DNA of 64,000 nt from Octopus vulgaris. Taxonomy: Eukaryota. The stretch is from assembly GCA_951406725.2 (NCBI GenBank), contig OX597824.1, positions 45,384,001 through 45,448,000 of the forward strand. Reading direction: 5' to 3'. The notes under the pieces were generated by a model. The model searched no databases. It worked only from the letters and a program-made list of their open reading frames with translations, and was not told the origin of the DNA. A program made the position numbers and the translations under genes. How positions within the stretch are numbered: position 1 is the stretch's first letter; each line of letters begins with the position of its first letter. Positions 1-12,623 of the stretch are shown one piece after another.

Positions 1-290
1 TGCTTTTTACGTGCCACCTGCACAGGTGCCAGGGGGGTCCGTCATCGGCCACGATTGGTTGGAGCTTTTAACGTGCCACCGGCACGGAAGCCAGCCAAGG
101 CGGTGCTGGCAACGGCCACATTCGAATGGTGCTTTTTATGTGCCACCGGCACAGAAGCCAGTCGGGGTGGCGCTGGCATCGGCCACGTTCGGATGGTGCT
201 TTTTATGTGCCACTGGCACAGAAGCCAGTCGAGTCGGCGCTGGCTACGGCCACGTTCGGATGGTGCTTATTATGTGCCACCGGCACAAGT
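1..290. repeat. About 67-bp tandem repeat in the RTE 3' UTR (ggtgctttttatgtgccacYggcac...)
   Basis: The unit recurs at about 1, 62, 128, 195 and 262; the same motif is repeated at 5040-5230. Confidence 0.85.
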
Positions 291-1985
291 ATCACAACTA
301 CTATTTCCATTGATATTTATTTCGATGTTCATGTTCATGTTCATGTACTTGACTCAACAGGTCTCCTCAAGCACAGTGGGACGTTCTGGGATCCAGGGTA
401 CTTTGAATGGGCAGGGGCTATGCGGAACTGGTGCAGGAAGCAGCCCGGGTCTTTGCAGTCACAGCATATCTCCAGAGATCTCGGTCCTTCGCCATTGCCT
501 CAGTGAGGCCCAACGCTCTGAGGTCATGCTTGACTACCTCATCCCATGTCTTCCTGGGTCTACCTCTACCCCTGATGCCTTCAACTGTTTGGGAGTGGCA
601 CTTCTTCACACATCTCTCCTCATCCATCCACAGTACATGACCAAACTATCGCAAGCGTCACTCTTGCACACCACATATGATGCTTCTTATGTCCAGCATT
701 TCTCTCAGGGTGCTTACACTCTGTCGTGCATGCACACTGACATTACACATCCAGCGGATCATGCTAGCTTCATTTCTTTCAAGTCTACGCATGTCCTCTG
801 CAGTCACAGCCCATGTTTCACTACCGTGAAGCATGGCAGTTCGCACACATGCATCATACAATCTACCTTTCACTCTGAGCGAGAGACCCTTTGTCGCCAG
901 TAGGGGTAGGAGCTTTCTGAACTTTGCCCAGGCTACCCCCATCCCTCCAGGCTTTCCAGGCCCGTCTCTTTGCACTAATGGCTTTGTCTACTGCACTATT
1001 CCACTACCATGTAACTCTAGGTCTGGAAGGGACTTTGCACCATCCACAGACTTGGTCTGTGGCACTCAGCAAGCTGTCCCGTAGGAATTCCCAGCTACCT
1101 TCTATGTCCGACGTCCGAAGCTCCTCCTCCCTCTCATCAAATTTCTTGATGAGGATGTCCCTAAATCTCTGACCATGTGAAGGGTTCTTTAGCTTCCAAA
1201 TCCTTCTTTTCTGGATTGGTTTGTTTCTTGGAGTCCTTCTGGCCTCAAGCTTAAAGTCACTGATGATTAGCCTATGCTGAGGGATACATTCTTCACCTGG
1301 GAGGGTCTTTGTATTTAAGAGCGACCCTGCCTTCCGCTGTATGGTGAGGATGAAGTCTATTTGGCTAGCGGAGTCTCCTGACTGATAGGTTATAAGGTGG
1401 CAGTCAGGCTTCCTGAATTTAGTGTTGCAGATTAAAAGGTTACATGCATCACAGAATTCCAGTAGTCTAGTTCCCTCATCATTTCTGGTGCCAATACCAT
1501 GGCCACCATGTACCCCAGTGAAGATACCCGATTCCCGCCCAATATGCCCATTAAAGTCTCCACCCACAAAGATGAGGTCCTTGCCACTAGTCTTTGAGGT
1601 AGCCTGTAGAAGGGTATCATAAAAGTGGTCCTTCTGATCATTTGGTAGTCCCGCTTGTGGGGCATAGGCGGAGATAATCGTAGCTGTGCCACTCTGTAGG
1701 ACCAACCTGAGCTTGAGCACTCTATCGCAAATCCTGATAACCTCTATGACCTTATCCACCCATTTCTCCGCAAGGAGAATGCCTACACCCCCTACACCAT
1801 CCATGTTACCTTGCCAGAAGACTTTGTACCTATGTGCCTTGCCTGTGAGGACCCTAGCTGAAGCACCTCTCCATCTTACCTCTTGTATGCAGCATACATC
1901 AACCCGTCTTCTCTCAAGCATCTCTACAATCTCACTAGACCTACCTTTCAATGTACCAACATTGACAGTGCCAACTCTGAAAACT
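1..1985 (-). mobile_element. RTE-clade LINE, internally deleted (APE endonuclease, C-terminus and 3' UTR present; RT absent)
   Basis: ORF 1004..2104 has APE motifs (GTVNVGTL, CCIQEVRW, SAYAPQ, GGDFNGH, SQIDFIL, QHRLII). ORFs 658..975 and 418..627 give the RTE C-terminus (KGRLYDACVRTAMLHGSETW, RGRGRPRKTW). The 3' UTR runs off the window start. Confidence 0.92.
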
Positions 1986-3280
1986 GGGAAGGAGATGTGG
2001 GGAGGAGGGGAGCAATTTAGATATGAATTAAAGCATAGGCAAAGCATAATTATAACAACAACAACAACAGCAGCAGCAGCAGCAATAAGAAATGAATTTA
2101 TCACATCATTTCTGGCTGTCCAATCTTTACAGAATCAGTGTACACAGATGTGACTTAGTCAAGAGCTATGCCAATTGGGCAATATGCTGCCTCTTCAACA
2201 TGAAAACTGAGAAGAAGTATGAACCTATATCAAACGTGATATAATACCATGATATAGGTATAATAATCTAGAATATTCTTGTCTAGACTAACATGGAGAC
2301 CAAGGCAAACTGGTTAGATGCAGCTACAAGAACCTTTGTTCTCAGGCATCTTGATCCTTTATAACCAAAATGTCTCCAGGAAAGGAGCTAAAAAGCTATC
2401 AAAAGGATCTTGAAATGGAACTAAACAGGATGTAGAGTATAAAAATAAGAACAGTTGTAACTATAAGCACAAGTTCTGAAATTCAGTGGGAGGGGACTAG
2501 TCAATTACATTGATCCCGATTATCAACTGGTACTCATTTCATCAACCCTGAATGGATGAAAGGCAAAGTCAACTTTGGTGGAATTTGAACTCAGAACATA
2601 AAGATGGATGAAATAGCACTAAGTATTTTGTCTGGCATTCTAACAATTCTGTCAGCTTGTTATCTTAGAAACAGTTGTAATAATAACTTATGCTTTATAT
2701 AAGATAAAGAAGAACATGACCAAAAGCATAAATATAATTCCAGGGCTTGTAACTGCATAACCCTTGCCAGGCACATTCCACGTTCTATACAAGACACTTT
2801 TAATTCAATAACATGACTCACACAATATACTTTGTCTCACATATACAGTTCTACATGTGTACAATTCAATAAAATACATAACTCACACGGCATATTACAT
2901 AAAATAACATGACATGCTCTTACATAATTGATTCCTAATACTGTACTGTCCTACGCACCACCACTAACTTACACAACTATCACCCAATAATATAACAGAA
3001 CCTTCACATTCCATACTCCACATAAATTCATCCCAAACTATTTTTAACTATTGCTCCCTTCCTTACACTAATACACTTTCAACCTTCCACTTATTTAACA
3101 AAGTTAATCATCTCATGAAAAATCACAGCCAACAGGTTGATCACTATTAAATGATTACTTGCACGTAAATCATTTCATCAATATAACATACAATGTAAAA
3201 TCAACATTTCAACCATTAATATAACTAGATTACACACACACACACAATAAATATTGAATAATAATATTTTTTGAAAATTA

Positions 3281-3430
3281 TGGCATGGCTGTATGGTAAG
3301 AAGTTTGCTTCTTAACAACATGGTTCTAGGTTCAGTCCCACTGCATGGCACCCTTCTTCTACTGTAGCCATGGGCCAACCAAAGCGTTGTGAGAGGATTT
3401 GGTAGATGGAAGCTGAAAGAAGCCTGATGT
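3281..3430 (+). mobile_element. tRNA-derived SINE family C (representative copy)
   Basis: A-box tggctgtatggt, B-box ggttcagtccc, body ggatttggtagaYggaaRctgaaagaagcc. Other copies at about 33067-33365 (+), 25060-25185 (-), 60800-60890 (+) and 62255-62385 (-). Confidence 0.7.
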
Positions 3431-3443
3431 GTGTGTATATATA

Positions 3444-3874
3444 CAGGTCGTCATCTTATGACCTAATCCGACTTGCAACTGATCGACTTTATGGCAATAA
3501 TACATAGTCCAGTTGAAATCTTAAGGGTTTAATTTCTTAGAAATTAACTCAATTACAGATGACATCAGCTAACATATGACATTGAAGATCTACAGCCAAA
3601 CACCAATCTACAACAAATTTTTATGCAAGTTTTGCAACTGTTTCTTAACACTACATTGTGTATTTCTTGTATTTGCATTCTTTGGTACTTTTTTAAGTAC
3701 AAATAATACTGTTGTAGTATAATACAGAATGCTGTGTGTGACTTTTACCTGAGAATATACTTTAAGAATGTAAAAATCTAAAACAAAGCTATGCAGGCCT
3801 ATAGGCCTTATGGCCAAATTGGCTTAAGACCAGTCTGTCGGAACCAATTGTGGTTGTAAGTTGATAATGACATG
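3444..3874. mobile_element. Tc1/pogo-like MITE
   Basis: Imperfect TIRs caggtcgtcatcttatgacc / ggttgtaagttgataatgacatg, with TA on the left and subterminal repeats. Confidence 0.5.
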
Positions 3875-3880
3875 TTTTTT

Positions 3881-3934
<54 letters not shown>

Positions 3935-3982
3935 ATATATATATGTAAATACATTGCTGCTCTAACTTTTAGACAATATATT

Positions 3983-4014
<32 letters not shown>

Positions 4015-4439
4015 CATACATATATGTGTATATATGCATGTATGTGTGTTTGTGCATGTATTTGTTCCAAACCACTGATTAATAACTGGTGCCTCAGCAT
4101 GGCTGCAGTCTAATGACTCCACCACTACCACAGTATTGTCCTTAGTATGCCATAAAATTTTCCATTGTCCTTCAGAAGGTTGTACTGTTCAGTACTCTAT
4201 ACAGATAACTACTCAACACTAATATAACACAACCCACACAGACCATTCAAAATACAAATCACGACCAAACAAAAATTACACAATTCACATAATGGATATT
4301 GTATACAACAAGCTAAAGAAACACTAAAATAACACCAAAACTAAGAAAATAAACCCTCACAGCAATGTAAAAATAGCTTTAATACACAAAAACAATCACA
4401 ATCCTACATTCTTAAAAGACAATTTTGCATGCCACACCT

Positions 4440-4730
4440 CAGGAACATGGAGGTGCAGTAAGTAGAACCTCACAGGAAACTGTTGGAAACTTGATAGTAA
4501 TATTAATAACAATAGATGGATTGAGGAAATAGGCATAAAACTTAGTTTAGTGCAGCTCTGGAAAACAATATTATTAAGGACAGCTAGGATAGGAAGGCTC
4601 TTGACATCTAAGGTTACTTGTAGCTGGATGTTCGAAATTTTTATCTTTCCAACAGTCTAATCTGTTGTGTGTCTATGAAATAATGATGATAATAATAATA
4701 ATAATAATGATGATGATGATGATAATAATA
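4440..4730 (+). mobile_element. 3' end of an R4/Dong-like RLE non-LTR retrotransposon with (TAA)n tail
   Basis: Degenerate QL.KTILL.TAR..R..L type C-terminus (cagctctggaaaacaatattattaaggacagctagg) followed by (TAA/TGA)n. A similar older remnant lies at about 2280-2830, interrupted by a SINE. Confidence 0.5.
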
Positions 4731-4877
4731 ATGGTTTCAAATTTTTCCACAAGAGCAGCAGTTTTGTGAGAGGGGACTAGTCGATTACATCAACTCCAGT
4801 GTTTCACTGGTACTTGATTTATTCACTCCAAAACTCTGCAGAATTTGAACTCAGAATGTAGTGACAGGCAAAATACA

Positions 4878-5292
4878 TCATCATCTTCATCGTTTAGCAT
4901 CTGCTTTCCATGCTGGCATGGGTTGGACGGTCTGACTGAGGGCTGGCAAGCCAGAAGGCTGCACCAGGCTCCAATCCGATCTGGCAAAGTTTCTACAGCT
5001 GGATGCTCTTCCTAATGCCAACCACTCTGAGAGTGTAGTGGAGTCCTTTTTATGTGCCACCAGCATGAGGGCCAGTCAGGTGGTACTGACATTGACCATG
5101 CTTGAATGGTGCCTTTTACATGCTACCAGCATGGGACCAGTCAGCTGGCACTGGCATCAACAATGCTCAAATGGTGCTTTTTATGTGCCACTGGCACGAG
5201 TACCAATCAGGCAGTACTGTCATTGGCCATGACAACGACTTCACTTGCCTCAACAGGTTTTCACAAGCACAATTTATTGCCCAGTGATTGAA
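4878..5292 (-). mobile_element. RTE 3'-UTR fragment (or RTE-tailed SINE) ending in (GAT)n
   Basis: Shares the tandem unit and the ctcaacagg...caagcaca segment with 1-400; catcatcatcttcatc tail at about 4878. Related copies at about 16210-16477 (+) and 60335-60540 (-). Confidence 0.75.
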
Positions 5293-5294
5293 CA

Positions 5295-7690
5295 GTAAGT
5301 TCTTGCTAGCAGAATTGCAGCTAGATCACAGAGTGTGAAGTGTGCTACTCTACTACATGTGGTCGAAGAGGCTATAGGTCAAGTGTATAACTCTTTTGGG
5401 TGAAGTGAGGAAACAGATAACAAGAATTTACGACAAAGTGAAGCAAAAGTTTCAGGAATTCTGTGAACCTAAGAAAAATCTGACGATTGAGAGGCATGCA
5501 TTTTTCACACGATCTCAGAAACCAGGTGAGACAATTGATCAGTATGTGACAGATTTAAAGAATAAATCTAGAACTTATGAGTTTGGGACATTGAATGATT
5601 TGTCTGTGGAATTCTTAGCCATAGACTAAGACTGCAGTATGTGCATATTGAGAAAGAGATGACAGGTATCCTACATGGATGTGAGAAGTTTCATCAGTAC
5701 ATCTATGGGAAAACAGTTCAAGTAGAAAGTGATCACAAGCCCCTTGAAATCATATTTGAAAAACTCTAGTGAAGTGTTCCTCAGAGGTTGCAGAGAATGT
5801 TGCTGCATCTACAAAAGTATGATCTTCAAGTTACCTTCAGACCCGGCAAAAAACTGATTGTTGCAAATGCCTTGAGCAGGGCATATCTTCAAGCCAGTAA
5901 TTATTAGTTTGATGAAACTGAGTGTGATGTGGACTTAATATCAGAACTGCCGATGACCTCAGGAAAGTTGAGTGAATTCAGGATTGCCACAGTGAATGAT
6001 CCCCAACTGCAACTGCTGAAGTCAGTGATTCTATGTGGATGACCAGAAAACAGAAATGATGTTCCAGCAAGTGCGAGAGACTACGGGAATATTCGAAATG
6101 AATTGACTGTTGTTGATGACCTCATCTTCAAAGTTGACAAAGTTGTAATTCCTGCAACACTATGAACAGAAATGTAGAACAGAGTACATGATGCTCATTA
6201 CAAAGTGACAAAGTGCATACTCAGAGCCAAAGATGTTATCTTCTGGATAGGAACGACTGTAAAAATTGAAGAATTTGTATCACGATGTTCTGTGTGCAAC
6301 AAGAACAGAAAGAGTAATCCGAAACAATTGTTGAAGAGCCATGAATTTCCTGACTGTGGGCCAGAGACGGAGCCGACTTGTTTGTGTACAAGAACATTGA
6401 CTACCTGGTGTGTGGGGACTATTTCTCAAAGTACCCTGAAATTGTGAAATTGTCTGACCTATCAAGTAAAGTGACAATCACAACAGTGAAATCTGTCTTT
6501 GCCAGACATGGCATCCCAGATGAGCTCATGACAGATAATGGACTGTAGTTTACAAGTGCAGAGTTCCATAACACAACATCAAGTCTGACATATCCGCAAT
6601 CAAACGGACAAGCTGAGCATACAGTTCCAATAATAAAAAAAAACCTGCTCAAGAAAACAGAAGCTAGTGGCTGAGATGTCTACTTAGCTCTACTTGAGTA
6701 CAAAAATATACCCGTTGACAAGGTCAGTTTATCACCAGCTTAAAAAAAATGAACAAGTGCTTGAAGAGTCACTTACTTATGTCCGATGCCTTGCTGAAAC
6801 CGCAGGTACATGACCAGAAGCAGCTACCTGATAAGCTGAAAGTATGTCAAGACCAGCAAACGTACTAATATGGCAGCAGTGGTAGAGAGTTACCTCCCTT
6901 GACTCCTGCACAGTAAGTCGAGATTCAAGAAAAGCAGTCATAGAAGCCTGGAGTTGTCAAATCAGTTAACACACCAAGATCCTACAATATAACGCCACCA
7001 GACAGTATTGATGAAATCGCCGTCATCTGTGGACAGCTGCTGAGAATCCAATAACTCAGCCAAATGGAGAATGGGAAAAGACTACGAACTGTGATACAGA
7101 TGGGTCTGAGACTACAGACACTTTCTGTAATCAAACTATGAGATCTGGACGAAAAATCAACATGCAGAAACGATATTGAGAGCTGCTGAATTCAAGAAGG
7201 GATCCGTGAAAACAGAGATTCATTAACTGTATCAAATGTTGTATTTCAAGTTAAACAAGCTGAACTGTGTTAATTGCTAGAAAGCATATTTCATTATTCT
7301 TTCCATGTTTGAAGAAGTTAAAGAAATTACTTTCTTAATAACCCCACCCCCACCAAAAAAAAACAAAAAAAACAAATTCATTTATGGACAGTTAAATTTA
7401 AAGAAAATATATTCATGGACTTTGGAGAAAGTTGCTTTATCAGAATGATAATGAATATATAATTGAGTTTATTTGAAGTTGATTATTTAAGTTCCAAATA
7501 TTGCCATAACTTACTTAAACTTCGTGTTTATATTGACTAAAATAATATCTCTTGCAATGTTTGTAAAAAAGAGAGATGTAATGAAAGTGTTTTTCCGTTA
7601 AGATGTGCACACAAAGTATGATGTCACGAGTTTGTGATGTATGATGTAACAAATACGCATAGTAATGGCTGTGCTCTGTGTCATGTCATA
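5295..7690 (+). mobile_element. Degenerate, deleted Ty3/Gypsy LTR retrotransposon
   Basis: Gag fragment (PKKNLTIERHAFFTRSQKPGETIDQYVTDLK), RNase H remnant (ESDHKPLE..., PQRLQRMLL, KYDL), integrase HHCC region and core (FARHGIPDELMTDNG, YPQSNGQAE) with stops and frameshifts. Polypurine tract aaaaaagagaga is followed by TGT at 7577, the likely start of a truncated 3' LTR. Confidence 0.85.
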
Positions 7691-8880
7691 ATTTACAACA
7701 AGCATCATACAAACTGCCTTTCACATTGAGGGAGAGGCCTTTTGTTATCAACAAAGGTAGCAGTTCTCCAAACTTTGTCCAGCCTATTCTTATTCTAGCA
7801 TCTATGGTTTCAGAACTACCTCCTCCACTGCTAACTTGGTCACCTAAGTAACAAAAACTGTCTTCCACTTCTTAGGATCCTCTTGGACATTTGAGGGAGT
7901 CTATTCACTGTACATATCTGGTGTTTAATGTACCTGCAAATTTACTACATATAAAGATTACTTTCTCTGTTAACCTTCCTGTGATACCATTGCACTTATG
8001 TGTCCATAGTTTGCACTGGGCACACCATATGGAGTTTCTACTAACACCTTTTCTTCATATTGAGCAAGGCCACCTCCCTGAAGGACTCAGTGATTTGTTT
8101 GTTTTCCTACTTACTAGGACTTTTGTCTTTGCTAAATTAACTCTAAGGCCCTTTGGTTCCAGACCTCATTTCCACATCTGAAACATTCTTCTCTAGTTTT
8201 AGTAGTGATTCATTAATAAGAACAAATCATCAGTGTAGAGCAGTTTCCAAGGGCAGCCTGTCTCGAATTCCTCTGTTATAGATTGGAAGACTATGATAAA
8301 CAAGACAGAGCTGAGTACTGATCCTCAGTGAACTCCTACTTGTACATTAAATTCCTTGCTTCACTTTCACTTAACTAATAGCATCCCTGCTTCTTGGAAT
8401 CTTCTTAGCCTGAAGGAATACACTCTTCACCAGAAAAGGTCTTCACATTTATGAGTATGTATCTTGCTTCCTGGTGAGAATGTAGTCAATCTGGTTGGAG
8501 TGGTCACTGAGTTTCTAGGTTATCCTGTGACTGGCTAGTTTCCTGAAGTTTGTGTGGCAGATCATTAGGTTATTCATATCACAGAACTCTAGTAGCCTTG
8601 TTCCCTCCTCATTTTGGGAACCAATTCCATAGCCCCCATGTACATTGTGGAAGACCCAGGTGCTGCCCAACATGTCCAATGAAATCACCAGCCACAAAGA
8701 TACGGTCATTTTCCTTTGAGGTAGTCTACAAAAGAATATCATAAAAAGAATCCTTTTGCTCATTTGGCCGACCCAGTTGGGGGCAGAGATAATTGTTGTT
8801 GTGCTACTCTGCAAAACTAGTCTAAGCTTAAGGACCCTATGGCACACTCTGACTACCTCAGTTTTGCAGAGTAGCACAGT
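7690..8880 (-). mobile_element. Degenerate RTE LINE fragment (endonuclease part, RT domain and C-terminal part)
   Basis: ORF 8515..8943 is homologous to the endonuclease of the first copy; WKLLYTDDL RT motif near 8226-8250; FCYLGD and KGSLYDAC in ORF 7686..7868. Confidence 0.85.
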
Positions 8881-8912
8881 AACAATTATCATTATCAGCA
8901 TCATTATTATTT

Positions 8913-9150
8913 GAGCTGACAGAATTGTTAGCACACCTGGCAAAATGCTTAGCGGAATTTTGTCCGTCCTTACATTCTGTGTTCAAATTCTGCTGAGGTC
9001 AACTTTGCCTTTCATCCTTTTGGAGGTTGATGAAATAAGTACCAGTTATGCACTGAGGTTGATGTAATCGACTAGCCCCCTCCCACAACATTTCAAGCCT
9101 TGTGCCTTTAGTAGAAAGGATTATCATTATTATTATTATTATTATTATTT
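8913..9150 (+). mobile_element. tRNA-derived SINE family A (representative copy)
   Basis: B-box gttcaaattc, conserved body gaggtcaactttgcctttcatcctttYggggtYgat..aataagtaccag, (TTA)n tail. Other copies at about 2475-2625, 4733-4875, 18905-19112, 20945-21155, 21160-21340, 36150-36300 and 37643-37855. Confidence 0.8.
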
Positions 9151-10234
9151 CTAAGGCACATAGTCACACATTTTGTGGGGAAGAATAGAGTTGAATTTAT
9201 TGCTTCTGCACTCTCAATACTTGACTAGTACTGATTTCATTAAATCCAGAGATGTAAAAGTCAAAGTCAGCCTTAATATGTATGGACACAAACTGTTTAA
9301 TCCAGCATTCAAATCTTTCTGCTACAGTAATACCATAACAACAGTAGCACCACCACCACCACCACCGCTGTCGCTGCTGCTGCCACCACCACCACTTACA
9401 ACAACATTTCCTTACATAGATACAAGGCCAGATATTTTCCTGGGAGAAGTTGATTAAACTGAACCAAGTACTTGACTGGTATTTTATTTTACTGATTCTG
9501 AAGGGAAAAAAATGTGAAGTTAAACTCAATAGAAATGACTTCAGAACAAATTCCAGAAGACATTTTTTGACTCTCTAACAATTTTGTGGTTCCACTATTT
9601 GAACATATGCTGAACAACCTGAAAATTTTCTAGCTAATCTTCCTCAACTAGTTACTATTCCTATTTATTAATGAATCATTCACTACTTGCTTATTTGTTG
9701 GTATTGTCCTCATTCTGTGATAGAAAATCTAATATTTACTGTAAGAAAGAATCTCTGACCAAAATACCTGTGAATGTAAATGGTATAACAGTATTTCTAA
9801 GACATCTTCAAGCAGTTTTGAGAAGTCTTAAAGAGATGAGGGTAGTAAAATATTGTGTCATTTTTCAGGAATGACCATCTATTTTGGTCTGTTTTTCTAT
9901 GTTTGCATGAGTTGGAACAGGTCTTCTTTAGCATAGTGTCACATTATTTAATGCAGTCCCTCGTCATTTTTTTTGTAAGTTCGAGCTCTTAGAGATGAGC
10001 TGTCACCATTTCTTCATGATTTTTCCACCTGGTTTGCTGGGTACTTCTTTAGCCAACTCTCATCCACCATACACATTACATGCCTAACACTTTAGCATTC
10101 AACCTGGCCATATCTAGCCCAAATATTCTACCTGTTGCAAGTTCAAACTGGTCAGATCCAGCCTCTCACACCTACCCTACAATGTCATTTTAAAAGTAAA
10201 CAAACACATCATTGAAATCTCAAAGTCTCTGGCT

Positions 10235-10260
10235 ATATATATACAGGCATATACATGGAA

Positions 10261-10333
<73 letters not shown>

Positions 10334-10490
10334 CACACACACACACATATATATATATATGTATACACATGTACATATATATATACATACATATATATAC
10401 ACACACATATATATACACATACATATATATATATAAATACATATATATATACACACACATATATATACACTTACATATATAAATATACAC

Positions 10491-10534
<44 letters not shown>

Positions 10535-10560
10535 GTACATATACACATACAGATATATAT
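10235..10560. repeat. Compound (TA)n/(CA)n microsatellite
   Basis: Direct inspection; similar arrays at about 3884-4050, 11766-11822, 13683-13754, 17196-17257 and 26630-26680. Confidence 0.95.
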
Positions 10561-10564
10561 CATA

Positions 10565-11305
10565 TCTATAAAAGGCATGATGTGTGTGTGTGCGTGATTG
10601 TAATTTATGCACGTCCACAAATTAGCATGCAATTAGCACAAAACTCTTTCGCACCCAAGGTAATGTGTGTGTGTGAGAGAGAGAGGGGGAGAAAGATGAA
10701 CGATCTAAAATAAATATATTGTAATTGTTGTGTGAGAAAGTATATATACTATGATTATAAAATATAGTCTTTCAAAAACATCCTGAATTTGAACACTATA
10801 TTTCGTGTTTAAGAAAAAACAAAACATTTTACATTTTATTTTTTATGAACGTCGTCACTTTCTCTCTCTCCTTCTCTCACTTTGCCTTTCCCTTTTTTTT
10901 TGTTTTCTTTATCTTATTTTTTTTTTGTTAGATGCTGTCAAAAAGCTATGGCTGAAAATAGATTTTTATGAACGCCGTCACTTACTTTCTCTCTCTCTCT
11001 CTCCCTCTCTCACTTTGTCTTTCCTGTGAAACTCTCTGCCCCTCTTCCACTTTTCTTTATCTTGTTGTTTTCTTTTGTTAGATGCCGTCAAAAAGCTATG
11101 GCTGAAATAGATTTTTACCACTAAAAGCTATGGCTGAAAATAGAATTTTACCACTATCTGTGGGTGCCTTGGGAAAAATATGTTGACAAAACCCAGATAG
11201 GATGTTGACGAATGTCCTCCTAAAATTTGAGTGACATGCGTGCTAATTTGTGGATGTGCATAAACTACAATCATGTACACACACACACATCTTGCCTTAT
11301 ATATA
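10565..11305. mobile_element. MITE-like element with about 70-bp TIRs and internal direct repeats
   Basis: aaggcatgatgtgtgtgtg..gattgtaatttatgcacgtccacaaattagcatgc is inverted at gcgtgctaatttgtggatgtgcataaactacaatcatg..cacatcttgcctt. Internal repeats of gatgcYgtcaaaaagctatggctgaaa; flanked by (TA)n. Confidence 0.75.
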
Positions 11306-11480
11306 TATACAGATATAAATTAGAAAAAAACCCACCTTTTATCAATTCAACAATGAAAAAATTAAATTATACCATTTAGAAAAAATCATATCTTATCGAA
11401 AAATTAAATATAAGATAAAACATATACCAATGATTAAGTAATGTGCAAAATAATAAATAAAACGTATATATTTGGTAAAA

Positions 11481-11561
11481 TAACTACACGTGTTTCGTGG
11501 CTATATTTAAGAAATGATAACAGTAAAACCAATTCAATATAAATATAGCCACTCTTCAGGT
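11481..11561 (-). ncRNA. Type I hammerhead ribozyme motif (stem I 5'-truncated)
   Basis: AC-CUGAAGA-GUGGCUAUAUUUA-(30 nt)-UAAAUAUAGCCAC-GAAAC-ACGU-GUA/GUUA: perfect 13-bp stem II and palindromic ACACGUGU stem-loop III. Confidence 0.8.
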
Positions 11562-11754
11562 GTGTATGTATTTGAACCATTTTCTATTTTTAATTCTAAT
11601 ATTTATAGCTTGTACTAGTATTATGTATATTACTTAACATGAAGTCTTTTTAGTAGACATTACTTAATGAGAATAAGATTTTATTTAGATGTTTATTAAA
11701 TAAATAAATAATTTAATTTAATGTATATAGATTAAATTATAGTATTTTAGTTTA

Positions 11755-11826
<72 letters not shown>

Positions 11827-12049
11827 AAAATAATTTAATTAATTGTATTTTCTAGTAATGATGTATTATAGTTTATTATTCTTTTCTTATATATGTTAAA
11901 ATTTTATTTTTATAGATAATAATAAATATTTATACCTCTTTATCCTATTTCATATTTACACAAGAATATATTTAAGATATTTTGTATTTTACAAGATTAT
12001 ATATGTATGTTTGTTATTTTATTTAATTAATTATTTTTGTTTTTATCTT

Positions 12050-12132
12050 TAACCTGAAGAGTGGCTATATTCATATTGAATTGATTTTACTGTTATCATT
12101 TCTTAAATATAGCCTCGAAACATGTGTAGTTA
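12050..12132 (+). ncRNA. Type I hammerhead ribozyme motif
   Basis: UAAC-CUGAAGA-GUGGCUAUAUU..AAUAUAGCCUC-GAAAC-AUGU-GUA/GUUA: both core boxes, stems I, II and III, and a GUA cleavage triplet. Confidence 0.8.
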
Positions 12133-12623
12133 TTTTACCAAATATATACGTTTTATTTATTATTTTGCACATTACTTAATCATTGGTATACGTTTTATCT
12201 TATATTTAATTTTTCTATAAGATATAATTTTTTCTAAATAGTATAATTTAATTTTTTTATTGCTGAATTGATAAAAGGTGTTTTTTTCTAATTTATATAT
12301 ATATATATATATTTTGTGAAATTTTATTTAGTATTTCTAAATTAAATTTTTCCCTGTAAGTTTGGAGTAATATTCCCTCATATATATACACACACACACA
12401 TATATATATACATACATATATACAGAGACACATATATATAAACATTTATACATACATATATATATATATATATACACACATAGACACATAATATAGGTAG
12501 AGAAAATCCCAGCTGTTTCCTCTTGAAGCATGTTGGTTAGTCCATTATTATAATCAATAAGTATCTATAGCTACTGCATATTAAAACTGAGAATTATGGA
12601 AATATTATTACCAGAGGTATTGT

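Larger units (their letters stand above)
11313..12298. mobile_element. Non-coding element with about 250-bp terminal inverted arms, each carrying a hammerhead motif (Penelope pLTR-like)
   Basis: 11313-11561 is the reverse complement of 12052-12298 with scattered mismatches; AT-rich spacer; embedded in (TA)n. Confidence 0.8.

Noticed and set aside
1-290. Regularly spaced repeats resembling a CRISPR array
   Set aside because: The 'spacers' are homologous to each other, there are no cas genes, and the context is a eukaryotic LINE 3' UTR.
11-903. Plus-strand ORFs of 100-282 aa
   Set aside because: Antisense read-through of the RTE C-terminus and its tandem-repeat 3' UTR; no independent protein features.
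9173-9529. Pro-rich / Trp-rich ORFs
   Set aside because: Derived from (CCA)n/(CTG)n simple repeats between SINE fragments; no splice or domain support.
10177-10618. YI/CV-rich ORFs (also about 3872, 26553, 30739, 31383-31899)
   Set aside because: Translations of (TA)n/(CA)n microsatellites.
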